DNA from: Eledone cirrhosa
Taxonomy: Eukaryota
Direction: 5' to 3'
DNA: 64,000 nt
Assembly (NCBI GenBank): GCA_964016885.1
Contig: OZ024742.1
Span: forward strand, 101,246,001 to 101,310,000
Part shown: positions 25,017-39,239 of the stretch, piece by piece
Numbering within the stretch: position 1 is the stretch's first letter
Layout: the number at the start of each line of letters is the position of its first letter
Notes under the pieces: model-generated
What the model was told of the DNA's origin: nothing
The model's input: only the letters and a program-made list of their open reading frames with translations
The model's database searches: none
Made by a program: the position numbers and the translations under genes

Positions 25017-26199
25017 CATCATCATTATCATTTTACGATGCTGGCATGAGTTGAGCAAGACATTTTGAGGCAATATTTTACAGCCAGGTGCCCTTCCTGA
25101 TGCAGCTTTTTTCGTTGCATATTACAACATGCAGGGATGGGATGCATCTATTCTAAACCAGATACACACATGTATACTTAAGTTAAATATGCACTAGAAA
25201 TCTTTTGTTTTATTTCAAATAATTCAGCCAGTTTTGCAACTTTATGATGATCATGAGTTAATATTAGTACACTTTATATAACAATAGTTACATTAAGATA
25301 ACTAGCAGAAAAACCACCCTTTGGGTGGTTTTCTGCTGGCATGTGTAGTGTGTATATTGATATACGCAGGTATGTATACATGTAGATATGATACATCAAA
25401 TAAAATCGTAATTGACAATATAAACAGAAATTGAATGAAGACTGTGTTATGTAATCCGTAACGTAATCCATGATACATTAAAAAAAGACGATATTATATA
25501 TAAACTACATTAGGAGAAAATTAGTATGTTTATTTAAGTGATCACCACCAGAAGTGTTGACATCACACACTCTCTCTTTCTATATATATGGTAATTGAAG
25601 TGGTGGCAACGATATACCGGAAGTGCAACGTTGAGAAGAAGTCAATTTTAAATTATTTTTGTTTACAAAATTTAGTAGATAAATTACATAATATTCATTA
25701 ATTATTTATTCAAAGTAATCCAACTTAATTTACTAATAGGATAAAAAAAATAAACCATACACAGTCCCGCAGACCTTCCTATATTATAGTTTAGATTGAG
25801 TGGGAAGTATTAAATCAAACACCAACTAAACATCTTAATTCAGTTGTATGGTTTTAATTAAATCATTCTTTTTAAAAAAAAAAAATGAGGAGTGGAACAA
25901 AATGTTGATATGTAAGTTAACAACAGGCTTTCTCTAGATTAAAACTGGATTGAACATAGTATTTTAGTGTGTTAAGTTGACAGGTCCAACAAAAGCATCA
26001 ATGAAGTGTACAAATATATCATTCAGAGAGGGAGTGTGTTCAATGGGCAAAACAAATTCATTTTTTTAGTGTGTCTGAAGGTAGGGTGAGTCTATTTTTC
26101 AGGTTAAATGGTAATAAAAGATTGCTATAGAGTAGAGCTAATTTGCTGTATGCTGCGTTTTTAGTTAAGTTTTGATTCCAAGTTATATAGTGTGTGGAA

Positions 26200-26830
26200 G
26201 GGTAGTTAGGGTGTTTGGCACACAATTATTGCATTATTATGAGTTATATTCCTGGTGGTACATTTGTCTTAAGCAAGACACTATTTCATGCTGCTCCAGT
26301 CCATTCAGCTTGCAAAAATAAGTTGTACCTGTAATTCAAAATGCCAACTTTAACGCATACTGTGTCATGCTGAATTTCCTTAAGAACTACCTTAAGGGTA
26401 CACGTGTCTGTGGAATGCTTAGCCACTTGCACATTAATTTCACAAGCCAGCTGTCCCATTGATTGAACAACAGGAACACTCGTTGTTGAACCCCAAAAAG
26501 GTTTATTACAACACAATCCCCAGGTGTATCTACTTCACTGATTACACGGTTAATTCTCTTGGGAAAGGTATGAATGTCACATAATCTTATTTTCCTTTCT
26601 CATGCCCAGAGATTGGAGAACTGAGGAAGAGCCTGTGAGTATTTGATGGGTATCATAAAAGTTGTATGGCTTAGTGGCTAGGGTGCTGAAACTTTACGAT
26701 CATGAGTTTGGTTCCCAGACCAAGCAGCATATTGTATCTTTGAACAAGACACTTTATTTCACTTATCTAGCAAAAAGGAGTTGCAATGACACTGGTGCCA
26801 AGCTATATCGGCTTTTGCCTTTCTCTTGGA
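26200..26830 (+). mobile_element. Two degraded tRNA-SINE copies
   Basis: gcaagacact-type core; A-box-like TGGCTTAGTGG at about 26667. Confidence 0.55.
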
Positions 26831-27539
26831 AAATATTGGTGACATGAAGAAGGAAGACTGGCATGCATGGGTGACTGCTGGTCTTTCCCAAAACACCTTT
26901 TCCAGGCTTGTGCTTTGGAGAAACAAACCAGTCATGGGTGCAGGGTCTATGGCTAGTCATAATCAATTGGGGGGGGTGGGGTCCTTTCTTTCCTTCATAA
27001 AAATAAAATCTGACAGTAACTTCGAATTTTGAGGATTTTTTCCGGAGCTGTGATTCAGATTACTTACCAGTACAGAATAAATAAATAAAAATCCCAGGTA
27101 TGTGAAAATTGCTTTTGGGCTTTGTAAAGGGTCAGTGTTAATGAAACCTATTTTAGGCTCATTATGTGGGGGTATCATTAGACTATTGGAGATTGATACA
27201 AGTTTAGATCTCTGATAGATCTGACTTTAAGATTGGGCTACCAACTACAGGCCCTTGCTTTCTTCAGTGTTTGTTGTATACTCATGTGTGTGTCATGTAT
27301 TGTGGCAAAATCAATGACAATGGCTCTGGTTATACTTCAAGGAAGTCAACTAGTTTTCAGAAGCAGAATCATCTCACCATGACAATGCCTCTGTTCTTCT
27401 TGGAAGTCAACTAATTTGCAGAAATACAATCATCTCCCGATAATATGGAGACCAGAAAACAGTCTTGTTCCACCTTTCAGAATTTCTCTTCGTCTTTGCT
27501 GAGGCCTCATGTCATTGCAAGTAAAACAGCAACATATTA

Positions 27540-27740
27540 ATGGTTTCTAATTTAGGCAAAAGGCCAGTAGTTTGAGGGGAAGGGAAAGTCAAATAAATTG
27601 ACACCAGTACTTAACTGATATTTTGTTTTATTAACACTGAAATGACGAATGGCAAAGTTGACCTTGACATAAAGGGTTGTAACTATATGCTGCAAAGCAT
27701 ATTGTCAAATACTCTACTGATACTGCCAGATCATTGTCCT
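27540..27740 (-). mobile_element. Degraded SINE
   Basis: Same core as 33906-34092 (ggcaaagttgacc). Confidence 0.55.
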
Positions 27741-30700
27741 AAAACAACAACCTAGTAAGAGTGGGTGAGTTACATCAACAATTTCTATAGAAAAGCTATT
27801 AAAGTATCAATGCATCACATGAAATTTTGAAGAATGAAATAAAATAAAAAGAACGCATATAAATGACCAGAACAGAAATTAAACTAACTAGTGAAATAAT
27901 ATACATATTTTTGTTATGAATATTTCTAAAGTGTGGAAATATATGTGGTATTTCAACATACAATCTAGTGATGTGCAGTCTGATTATTTGACTGTGTGTT
28001 TTAACTGTACAGAAGATTGTCTTTGTGAAGTAGATGTTATCGAATTATGGACTAATGAAGGTCTATAAATTCATATTTTGTAAAGGTCACCATAGATATA
28101 CAAATAGCTGAACAGGTTGTTCAAATTATATTTTAAAATCTAATCTGTTGTGCAGAATCTTTTCAATCAAAACCTATAAACTGTCCAGTCAATACCTAAA
28201 CACTGTGTCTGTCCTGTCAATATTTACAAACCCTTTAGTTGATATGTACATACTAAAGCTATTCACTGTCTATCCAAACAATATCTACACACAGCCTATC
28301 CAGTTAATACTGACATACTATATCTGTCCTGTTTTCTTTTACAGAGTGTTTAGATATCTGCAGTCAATACTAAGAAAAGAAAATGAAAGAGTAAAATAAA
28401 AGGGATGCTTGGGGATATAAGGATCTCTAAATGGGATCATATTGTCTATGAGGACAATTTCTTACTAATTTGTTTTTAGTATTCGTAGGGTTAGGGGTTG
28501 ACACTATGATATAGTGTCTCCGAAAGACATAAATGACATGACCTTATATTTCCATTTATGTGGTAGATCTATCAAGAAGTTACCAATGCATTTAAACTTG
28601 ACAAGGTTAGCTATATACCGTACTAAAGAAGTAGTGTGCTTCAGCTTATTATTTTTAAACAAATTTGAATGGGTATTATATCAGGTCGTAAATTGATTAG
28701 CTGTGGACCCAATATATGAACTACTAGAGTGCTAGGTTTTTACCATATACTACATTGTTAGTTAGGCATAAACCACCAAGAGGACAATTATTAGGATTCC
28801 TACAGTTACAGTCTAGATTGGATATCAACTGAGATTTCATAGTTCAATCATCATCATCATCATCATCAACCTCATTTTACGTCCGCTTTTCCCTGCTTGC
28901 AAGTTCAATGTTATATTATATTAAATTACGATAGTAGTAAGGTATGGTGGTTAACAACAACTGAGAAAAGGTGACCCCCCCCCCCCAACACACAGGGCCC
29001 AAAGCTCCGCCGACCGTTCCGAGTAATTACGGTTTACCGTAGAAAAGGGGAATTTAGTTTATTTCCGAGCACTCAAGGGGGTGGACCGACCCAGTCGCCC
29101 TGAGTGCAGCTAGAAGGGTACCCCTAGCCAGCCGGTGTCGTAACATGCCATGTATTCGTAGCCATCCATGCTAGTGAAGTTAGTGCTAAAGTTGAGAAGT
29201 ATCAAAATTGAAGCTACATAGGATACAATAAGATAGGAAAAACTATACACATTCCCCAGCTGTCCCTAGGTTCCACACGCCGGTCAGTCTCAAAATCATA
29301 AGGGGTGTAATCCACATAGGCAAGGTACATACATTCAAACCAGGCTATCACCATAATATGAAAACACTATCGTATATTATATAGCGAATGTATCCCAAGG
29401 GGTAGGCGGGGCCATTAGTCAGACAAATATATATATATAGTTAATGGTAAATATGTGAAGGATTATTTAATGGAAAGTATAAATTATTGGGGACATAGAA
29501 AGTAAAAGAATTTAGGTAAAGGATGAGTAATATAATACATCGTAGTAGTCATGGGAGTGAAAGATAAGCAATAAACATACAAATATAAGAATATAGGAAT
29601 ACAAAATAACAAATAGGGCATAACATAAACAACTAAACAAATAAACTGCAGAGCTCAAAAAATAGTAAAGCTTAGAAACAGTGAAGTTTTGAAAACAAAA
29701 GTTAAGTTTGAAAGTATAGTTTGAAAAGAATAGAGTACGGATAGAGTTGACATCAGGTGAGATGCAGTGTATGCTTTGAGCAGTAACCGTCCATGCAGAC
29801 ACCCAGAAATCCAGAACCATAACGGTAGAACCCAGTCAGTATAAGGTAGAGGACATCAGGAAGAGGCGGGGGATCGTGTGGACGTCTGAAAGAACTTGTA
29901 AAGTCCTGCGGAGTTTTGATTGCTCCAAGTGTGGATAGGTGTTAATTCGGGGCCTGGTCCAAGTTGTGAGGCAGGCTTGTTTACGCCAGACAAAATCCTA
30001 CTGGTATGTTATCAATCTCACGATGGTAAAGGTCCCGCATCAGTGAAAGGGCTTCTGTACTCCATTACATCATAAAGCGCTCAACTGGATAAGGAGCAAT
30101 TATTCGTTTAAATTTAATATTATTTGTCTTATTAGGCTCCTGATTTACACAGCTCTATAATTGGAATCATTACCTAACTGGTCTACTTATTTAAACACTC
30201 AGTTTTAATCTTCAATTCCTAAAATTAACCCTAACTCCCAACTTATATACATTTCTAAGCGGAATTTTTCTCTACTTGGTATGTTCCTTCCCTACCCTCA
30301 CCCACCTGTATGTTGTATGCTTTCCGTGAGAGCATAAACTTAGCTTGATCACGCGAATTACTATTCTCTGTCACATGATATTCTCCCCCCCCCCTCTGGC
30401 CTACTGTCCGAAGGCTGCTAGAGTTGAAGGGTAGTATTGATTCGCCAAGTAAACTATACACCCCCCACCCCCCACCCGCTAGCAAACTAGCAGGAAAGAT
30501 TTGTTAAAAATAACCTCACTCAGAGGCGGGGGAGCAATGTAGCAGCAGATGCTACTACATCCGACTCTCGGTCAAAAGCATAACACACACTTTTTCCTCT
30601 TTGTTTTTCTTAGCTTGTTTCCTTAAAGCTTACCATCATTCCGTTGGTATACAGCTATTACGCAATTTACACCTGATGAGATCACCGGGTTTCTACGCAA

Positions 30701-30781
30701 CCTAGTCACTGCATAGTGTTTACAGTAAAAAAAAAATTAAGGAAATTCAACATACTTTGCCTCCTGTCATTTCACTTTATA

Positions 30782-30884
<103 letters not shown>

Positions 30885-31299
30885 TGTGTGCGTGCGTGTG
30901 CCTGCGTGCGTATGTGTATGCAAACAGAAATAACAAATCAAACGACACAGTACAATGAAGAAATATATTATTAGTTTTACACTTGACATAGTAGGAAAAG
31001 AGTCTTAACGTTTCGGATGCTCGTCCTTCATAAGAAAATAGAATGAGAAGTTAAAAAAAAAATAGAAAGAGAGGAGATGGGCAGTGGCGGAATCGAAAAA
31101 AAATTAGAGAAAAATAATAGGAAAACTGTTGATGCTGGTAAGATAAACTTGTTTTAAAAGGTAGCGATCGAGCGCGTCTATCTGAAAGGGAGAAAAAACG
31201 TTTTGTATATAGAGCTGGATGTGTGCGTATGCATATACATGTGTGTGTGTTTGTATACGTCAATACGAAGCTAAGAGAGCATGTGTGTATATATGTAAG

Positions 31300-31355
<56 letters not shown>

Positions 31356-31359
31356 CGGT

Positions 31360-31934
31360 ATCCGCAGTAAGTTGTGGGGTATATTCTGCATGAAGAACTC
31401 GATGTAATCCATATGTTGAAAATGTTGTAGGGTAAGATAAATCCCGGAAAACAATAAAACATTAAAAGAAAAACAGAGTCATGATATAAGTTAAAACAAT
31501 GAAATAAAAAATCAAGTCATTAGAGATATACTTCACTGCTTTACGGTCGTTTCTAGGTGATGATAATACATTGTAGCTATACTCCGTTATTGATCTATGT
31601 AAGGTTATTTACAAAATATCAGATAAAGAGTATTACTTTTCATCTTAACACCATATGAAAAAAACAATTTGATTGGTTAGTTCTTCAACTACCTCCAAAT
31701 AAGGACATGATACTAACATACTACTAATTCTGAATAAAATTATTATTGCTTTTGAAAACAGCTGGTGATATGCATGTAAGTAAATATTCTCTTTATCTGA
31801 TATTTTGTAAATAACCTTACATAGATCAATGACGGAGTATAGCTACAATGTATTATCATCACCTAGAAACGATCGTAAAGCAGTGAAGTATATCTCTAAT
31901 GACTTGATTTTTTATTTCATTGTTTTAACTTATT
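31360..31934. mobile_element. PLE pseudo-LTR remnant as an inverted repeat, with a decayed long-stem HHR
   Basis: Arms about 31485-31633 and 31783-31934 are near-perfect reverse complements; shares gaagaactcRatgtaatcc and cgtttctagg with the pLTR at 41555. Confidence 0.7.
31743..31886 (+). ncRNA. Decayed long-stem-II hammerhead ribozyme homologue
   Basis: TTATTGCTT-TTGAAAA(core decayed)-107-nt stem II-GAAA-CGATCG-TA-AAGCAGTGA. Confidence 0.55.
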
Positions 31935-32727
31935 TATATATATATATATACTACTATATAAGCGTAAAGCTAATATATTTCTTCATTGTACTTTGTCATT
32001 TGCTTTGTTATTTATATTTGTCTTTTGATATATATGATGTAGTGATGGGGGGTCACCATTATGTAGTGGATAGATGTATTCGTTGCAGGATGAATGATAA
32101 AAAGAATGATGCAAGAATTGTGATGTCGACAATGTTTATTTTATAATAACAAATGTTGGTACATTGAATATCGAGTAACAAAATCGTGACAGCAATTATC
32201 ACTACATTATTTGCTGACTAGCCACTTCGAGCTATCGTGTATGCATGTATAAAAAAAACGATACAAAAGAAGTGAAATAACAGGAAGCCGAAAGAATAGA
32301 GGAAAATATAAGTAAACCTACTGTGTGTGTGTGTGTGTGTGCGTGCGTATGTCCATCCTGTATTTGGTTAATCTGCCGAGTTGGTGCGAAATGTGAGAGC
32401 CTGTAAGGCCAGGAGAGAGAGATTGAGTAAAAGGTCTGTAGGTAGTGAATGGGGCTACATCGTTAACCTCTCACAGACTGCTGCTTCGTGGTCTCGGCTG
32501 GATTCAATAAGCACTTGTATTTATAATAACCTTATAGCTAGAAGGATGTGTATATGGGTTAATTTATGAGTAGCCATGTGTGTTTCATCTGTCAAGAAGC
32601 TGGGGTCACAGGTCAAATGGTATATGACAGGACAATGGTGGGAACTCCCAACAATAGGTGGTCCCAGAGGCGAGAACTCTTAGATTCGGTTTCGAATCTT
32701 CGGCAGGTAAAACTTAGGAGTATTCCG

Positions 32728-32776
<49 letters not shown>

Positions 32777-32788
32777 TATATATATATA

Positions 32789-33786
32789 TGTTACGAAGGG
32801 TATTTGTAGTTGGTAACGAAGGTATTAGATGAAATAAATAAGAATAGCTGAATTACTTTATATATAAAAAGGTTTACTTCACTTCAGTCAAGAAGAACAA
32901 TAAACAAGTTACCACGAATCGCGAAGGTTGGCGATGTTATTTTTGTTGTTGGTTCATGAGGCTGGTGTAGTTTGAGACCATAGTGAGAGAGGGTTGTAGT
33001 GACCTACATTCCGAGGGCTCATGGATACATTATCCGTACGTTGTTTGGCTCAGTTCAGCCAATCGCTACCAGCGTAGGAGAATGTATCTCGACTTCCGCC
33101 CAGAGGGGGGGATTCCCGCGGTGACTCGAAACTCTCTCTCTCTCTCTTGCAGCTCGACACCGTGAAGGTAAACATCTCTTGCTTTCGTTCCTTCAAGCAT
33201 AGACAATATGTAGCAACAAATACCACTACGGGTCTGGCTAACGCCTCAGCCAGTTGACCGTACCGTCTTAAACTCTTAATTAATAATTTCTCTTGGCATG
33301 CCATTTAAACCTTTATAACCTTTTAATAGATAACATTAACTATCTTCTCAAGAGCCATTCTTCTAACCTTTGTAATCTGTTAATAGATTATATATAAACA
33401 ATTATAAAGTCGTAAGATGTTATTTTCCACAACATTGCTTTTAACATCTTCAATGGTGACTTCTGTGATACAATACATAAATACACACATTCTCAACACA
33501 AACATCTACTAAAATAACTCTCTTCTAAAGATTAATGGTCTGTAGTTGTCTGTAGACCTCTGCGGCCTGTAGGTAGCGTTGAATCTTTACATAGCTAGAA
33601 CTATAACATACTGCTCCGATCTCCTGTGTGTTAGACGTGGGATCATACAGGCTTTATATACCTGTCGCTTTCTGTCTCCCTGCCTTGAGGGATCGCCCAC
33701 GCATGCACCTGTCCACGCCGAAAAGGATGGTGAACTAGAATTATAGGTGTCACCCAGGGTTCAAGGCGTGGACAGATTTCGCTACA
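32789..33786. mobile_element. Possible solo LTR
   Basis: TGTTACGAA...TTCGCTACA imperfect inverted termini about 1 kb apart; no TSD found. Confidence 0.3.
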
Positions 33787-33905
33787 TTAATCAACATGTA
33801 AAAAATCATCTATTGTCACTACTGAATTCATTTGATATCTATTCCTGAAGTTTTGCCCTTCATGAATTAAACTTTGCCTATAAATATCTTAATTCATATA
33901 ATAAT

Positions 33906-34092
33906 TGTTTCTACTTTTGGCACAAGGCCATCAATTACCCAGTGTATTACTGGTACTTTATTTTATCGACCCCATAAGGATGAAAGGTAAAGTTAACCTC
34001 GGCGGGAATTGAACTCAGAATGGCAAGGACCGTAACTCTATGCGTCAAAGCATGGCGTCCGACCCTCTACCGATACTGCCAATCCACCGTCC
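33906..34092 (-). mobile_element. Full-length tRNA-derived SINE with TSD
   Basis: Minus-strand A box TGGCAGTATCGG, B box GAGTTCAATTCC; 17-bp TSD TTAATTCATATAATAAT (33889-33905, 34093-34109). Confidence 0.88.
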
Positions 34093-34129
34093 TTAATTCA
34101 TATAATAATAATAATTGTATGAAAGTTTT

Positions 34130-34594
34130 GTCCGACTGTCACATACATAAACACTACCGTCCGACTGTCACATACATAAACACTACCGTCCGACTGTCAC
34201 ATACATAAACACTACCGTCCGACTGTCACATACATAAACACTACCGTCCGACTGTCACATACATAAACACTACCGTCCGACTGTCACATACATAACACTA
34301 CCGTCCGACTGTCACATACATAACACTACCGTCCGACTGTCACATACATAAACACTACCGTCCGACTGTCACATACATAAACACTACCGTCCGACTGTCA
34401 CATACATAAACACTACCGTCCGACTGTCACATACATAAACACTACCGTCCGACTGTCACATACATAAACACTACCGTCCGACTGTCACATACATAAACAC
34501 TACCGTCCGACTGTCACATACATAAACACTACCGTCCGACTGTCACATACATAAACACTACCGTCCGACTGTCACATACATAAACACTACCGTC
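34130..34594. repeat. 29-bp minisatellite, about 16 near-identical copies
   Basis: GTCCGACTGTCACATACATAAACACTACC tandem with no spacers. Confidence 0.95.
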
Positions 34595-35679
34595 TCACAA
34601 AAAAACTGCAAACATTTTTATTTTGAATTCATGGAACACTAAGATAAAGGTAAGATTGGCAAATGTTCTAAAATGCTCTTAAAATGCGTTTTCTATCAAC
34701 AGTGTTGCCCCCCCCCCCCTCTCCCTTTCTCTCTCTCTCTCCACCTGTAAACGAATCAATCGACAAGATCCCATATCCCATACCGCATTCGTTTACCAAG
34801 TGGGGCGGAGCTCGTCAAATCGAACTAAGGAAATGATGTTTTCCATTGATCTTTCCATTACTGATACAATCTTCTTCTTCTCTACCCACTTATTTCTAAA
34901 AGGGTATTGGGAGCAGAGTCGTTAAAAACTCCAAGGGAGACCAGCCAAGCTCATGGATGTTATCCAATCATCTTGCTCGGGGTCTATCCCTGGGACTCCC
35001 CATACAATCTACCGGTCGCAAATCCTGGCAGAAGGAGCAACGTGAAATAAAGTGTCTTGCACAAGGACATAACGCATCGCCTGGTCCGAGAATCGAACTC
35101 TCAACCTCGCCACTAAGCTACACGCCTTAAACATACTTGATACCAGTTTATTGTGAAGTGTAGTAGTCCTTAACCACACGGCCATGCTTGTACTTATGTA
35201 ACATATTTCCCGTTGGGTTTCATATTTTTTTCAATGGATAACAGGTTGTGCTTCTGGAATAGAGTTAAAGAGATAATTATCTATCTTTAACTACAGATGA
35301 TTTTATCTACCGTCTGTTATTACAGCCATTTTCTCATTTAATTTTTTTTATGTTGTTGTTGTTGTTGCTGTTGCTGCTGTTCTTTTTGTTACTACTGCTA
35401 TTGTTATTCCATCACACATTAAGCAGGTTTATAATCAAAGACATTCTAACTATGACCACCATGTCTTATTGGAAGTATATAGAGAACTATTTTATTAAAT
35501 ATGCTCTTTCCAAGAAAATAGAGCATAATTTAAGAGAATTTGCCTATACAAAGGTTCCCTTGAGTGACGGTGGTGGTTATAGTATTGGTTTAGTTGTGGC
35601 TGTAGTCCTGGTGTGGTGGCTCTAGAAGAACCAAGCACCATCGCAGGCTTCACGTGATGATGTTAATAAATTTTCAGAT

Positions 35680-35900
35680 GCAGCCTGCCTAAGGAAGCAG
35701 CCCCGTGAGACAGAATGGCTGTTACAGTGGGTCTCGCGGGCCATTCTCCGTGGCAATGCCTTCCCCATTTTGTCTGGAGGGTATGACCGAATCACCACTC
35801 AGACTAAGGAGTAGAGCCTGTCCCTCCCTCCTTTTCTACCTTCCCTTCATTGCTTCATCCTCTTTTTTCTTTTTCTTCTTTCCCTTTCATTTTTTTTTTT
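35680..35900 (+). mobile_element. CRE-clade non-LTR extreme 3' fragment
   Basis: RETEWLLQWVSRAILRGNAFPILSG followed by a pyrimidine-rich UTR; matches the C-terminus of the 62643 copy. Confidence 0.6.
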
Positions 35901-36190
35901 CATTTAAATATTTTTTGTCTAACTTTACAATGTTATCTTATAAAAATTAGGAAATATATTTTTAATTTCCCAACCAACATTTAACTATGGACATGTGCTC
36001 TGAGTATATAAAATATGAATTATGTTTAGATAAGTTTCACATGATTCTGTAAAAGTAAGCTCAGTGAACTTTAGTTGGAACATTTAATGATACTAAATGT
36101 GAAACTGGAGCAGGAAAATTCTCTGAATAGGAGAAGTAGTCAACTTTCTCTGACCTTTCATTTCAGGTCAACCCATTTAGGTCAAATAAC

Positions 36191-36263
<73 letters not shown>

Positions 36264-36619
36264 TTAAATTGCTGTACCTAAACTTTTGCAATCACCTCTG
36301 AGCCATTAGAAGTCATGGATTGCAGATGTTTTAACATGACTGACTGTACGAGCTGGGTTTTAGATTCACTGTGAGTTAATAAAATATCAATTACTGTTGC
36401 AATAGATACAATAACTATGTGGCAGTTATAACATATTAACAACACAAGTGTGAGGACATGTACGTTAGAAGTTGGAGCATAGGTCTCAAACACGCCATCC
36501 GCAAACTACTTTCCTATTGTCCATAACAGAACAGGCTTTGTGACTAATCTTTTCTTAAAACTATTTTAATATTTATAGTACAATTTATTACAGAGGTTCG
36601 ACAAAATAAGAGATTTGGA

Positions 36620-37980
36620 GCTGTTATATACAAATATAAGGTATCAAAACATTAGAAGATGTTCTTGTGATCGGGTTTAGGAAGCCAGCAAAGCATGCTC
36701 TCCACCTCGCGAGGATGCACCTTTCCGAAGAGAGGAACCCCAGGTGCGTTCCTTGATTTCTTATTACGAAGTCTGCTGAAAGTATGCCAGAATACTTTAT
36801 TTGTTGATCTAAAGTCGGATTCCTGCTTAACTCCAAAGTCTTCCCATGTCTTAACTTTGGACGCCTTTACAATCTCTGCAAGTACAAGAGGGGGGGGGGG
36901 GGGTATATTTTCAAGCCAAGCTTTGTTTGTTTCTTTCTTTGCTTGGATGGCATTTTTGAGCATTTGATTGAACTAAGGGGTCCTCATGCCAACCAACGCC
37001 AAACCAAGCCGCTTTCTCCCACAGCATTTAACAACTAAAGCAGAAACTGCCAAACTTCAACGTCATCAGATTGCTTTGGGAGTTTTCTGAATTTGGATGC
37101 AATAGTATCCGCATACCTGGTGATGATTTCCTTATCCGCCCGCGCTTTCCACTTTATCGTGTAAGATTGATTCCTCTGTAACTATGGATAATCTAACTTT
37201 TGTTTTTGAGGTTATGTTAGATTTCCAAACCTTATCTTGTGAGTTCACAGCAGACCATGCTTGTATTATCCTGTTGTTTATATCATTCGACGACTTAGTG
37301 TATGCACCAAGGTATTTGAAATCATCTACATTTTCGAGAACAGTATTATGTAACGATTTGATGTTTGTTGCTTGATCTGAGTTGATGGCCATATATTTAG
37401 TTTTGTTGGTATTTAAGAAGAGTCTCATAGCATGAGTAGACACTTCTAACTTGTGTAAGAGATCCTCTGCTTTACTTAGTGAATCTACACATAAGACAAT
37501 GTCATCAGCGAATTCCATATCACATCTGTCAGGTGTTGTGATGGATGTCTCATTCTTCTATGATTTTGAAGCCATCAAAATCATCTATAGTAGCACTTCG
37601 TGCTTAGTCAAGTGTGATGATAAATAAATATTTTGCGAGTGGATCGCCTTGAAGTGCACCTGTGACTACCTGAAAAAAAGTCAGTTTCTCCTGTTGTCAG
37701 TACCATAGCGAGGTTGCTTTCGTACATGGTTCTAATTTGATTAATGAGTTTGAGATGAATGCCATAAGCAAATAGAACTTCAAACTTATGTTCACGGTTA
37801 ATGTTATTAAAAACCTTTCGAAAGTCTATAAAGGTTAATACGGTTTCTTTTTAATGATTTCTTACTTCTTTAATTAGATGTCAAGATGATCTAAATCTAT
37901 TTTGGTTTGGGCATAGGGTATTTTCGATTTCCGGTCGAAGTCTATTCAAGATAAGGCGATTATAAATTTTGGCAGCCACC
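36620..37980 (-). mobile_element. Degraded LINE RT fragments (RTE-like)
   Basis: LQGDPLA, FADDIVL, LNTNKTKYM, DDFKYLG in ORF 37132-37518 and upstream; linker-like ORF 36652-36963. Confidence 0.7.
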
Positions 37981-38485
37981 CGTGTCAGACTTATTCCACG
38001 ATAATTATCTGGTTTCCTAAGATCACCTTTCTTAGGAAAATACTATCGCGGAAATACCACATTTTCTTTGGTCGATTTCCTTTAAAGGTCTCATTACAAA
38101 AGTGCAGTAAGATATATATGCTCTTACCCAAACCTCCCATGTTATCGATATCTCCTTTGTAAGTTAGTTTCGTTGAAAACATTGGGGGAAATATTCTCGC
38201 CAACCAAAGAAACTTCCGAAAGTGAAACTCTGATTCCCCTCCCCTCCATATCCGTTTTCTAGAGAAAGACCCGCCACCGAGCTGGAGGTCAGATTCGTTG
38301 AAAACTCCAAGGGTACGAAACTCCATCTTCTCTTCCATTTTCGAGAAAAAAAAGTCAATTGCAAGTGAGTTGGAGGAGGTCAGATTAGTTGAAAACATAA
38401 CCCAAGCGGGTGCGTTTCTATAAATTTAATTCATTCCATTTAAGTATTTTATTTTTCATGTCTACCACTCATTCTTTAATTGTTC

Positions 38486-38695
38486 TTGAGAGAGAGAGAG
38501 GAGGGGAGAACGACAGAGAGAGAGAATGGGAGAAACAGAGAGAGAAAGAGAGAAGGACAATGGGAGAAACAGTCAGAGCGAGAGACAAAGGGAGAAAGAA
38601 AGAGAGATAGAGAGAGAATGGGAGAAACAGTAAGAGAGAGAGAGAATGACAAAAGGAGAAACAGTGAGAGAGAGAGAAAGACAATCAAAGAAAGA

Positions 38696-38781
<86 letters not shown>
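38486..38781. repeat. (AG)n microsatellite / purine-rich tract
   Basis: Direct observation. Confidence 0.9.
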
Positions 38782-38784
<3 letters not shown>

Positions 38785-39239
38785 TGACAAAGATAGAGTT
38801 ATTTTCTTATTTTTGTCTCATCCTACAATTGTAATTGTAGGATGAAACAAAAATAAGAAAATACACGAAAAGTTTCGATGAAAATGAATGGAGAAATTAT
38901 TGATTTGTTTCTTCGATCTCAGCAAGCCTAGACATGAAATGGCTGCCAGGTGTTGATGTTTGAATTGTGACTTTGATTATTTCTTTTATAAAATTACAAT
39001 TGCCTTTAGTTATCTTACTTCGTGATTTTAATCCGAGCCGATACGATTTGAAACGAAACGATCGGAAAATATCTCGTTTGTATTCGTTCAGCAACATTTT
39101 AATACCAACGCTGATTTATCAAAATAATTTTGATGACCTGCCTAATGGGGAATAGAGGAGCAAGAAGCTTTTCTAGACAAAGATTAGACATATAGATTAA
39201 CTTTACACTCCAGCTATTTTTTAAACAGCAATATATATA

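Noticed and set aside
30668-30722. CTGATGA with hairpin and ACAC/GTGT flanks
   Set aside because: GAAA core half missing; at best a decayed remnant
34130-34594. 29-bp repeat array as CRISPR
   Set aside because: Units are contiguous with no unique spacers, no cas genes, eukaryotic context
34795-34975. GC box plus CCAAT as a promoter
   Set aside because: Short motifs with no associated exon or gene
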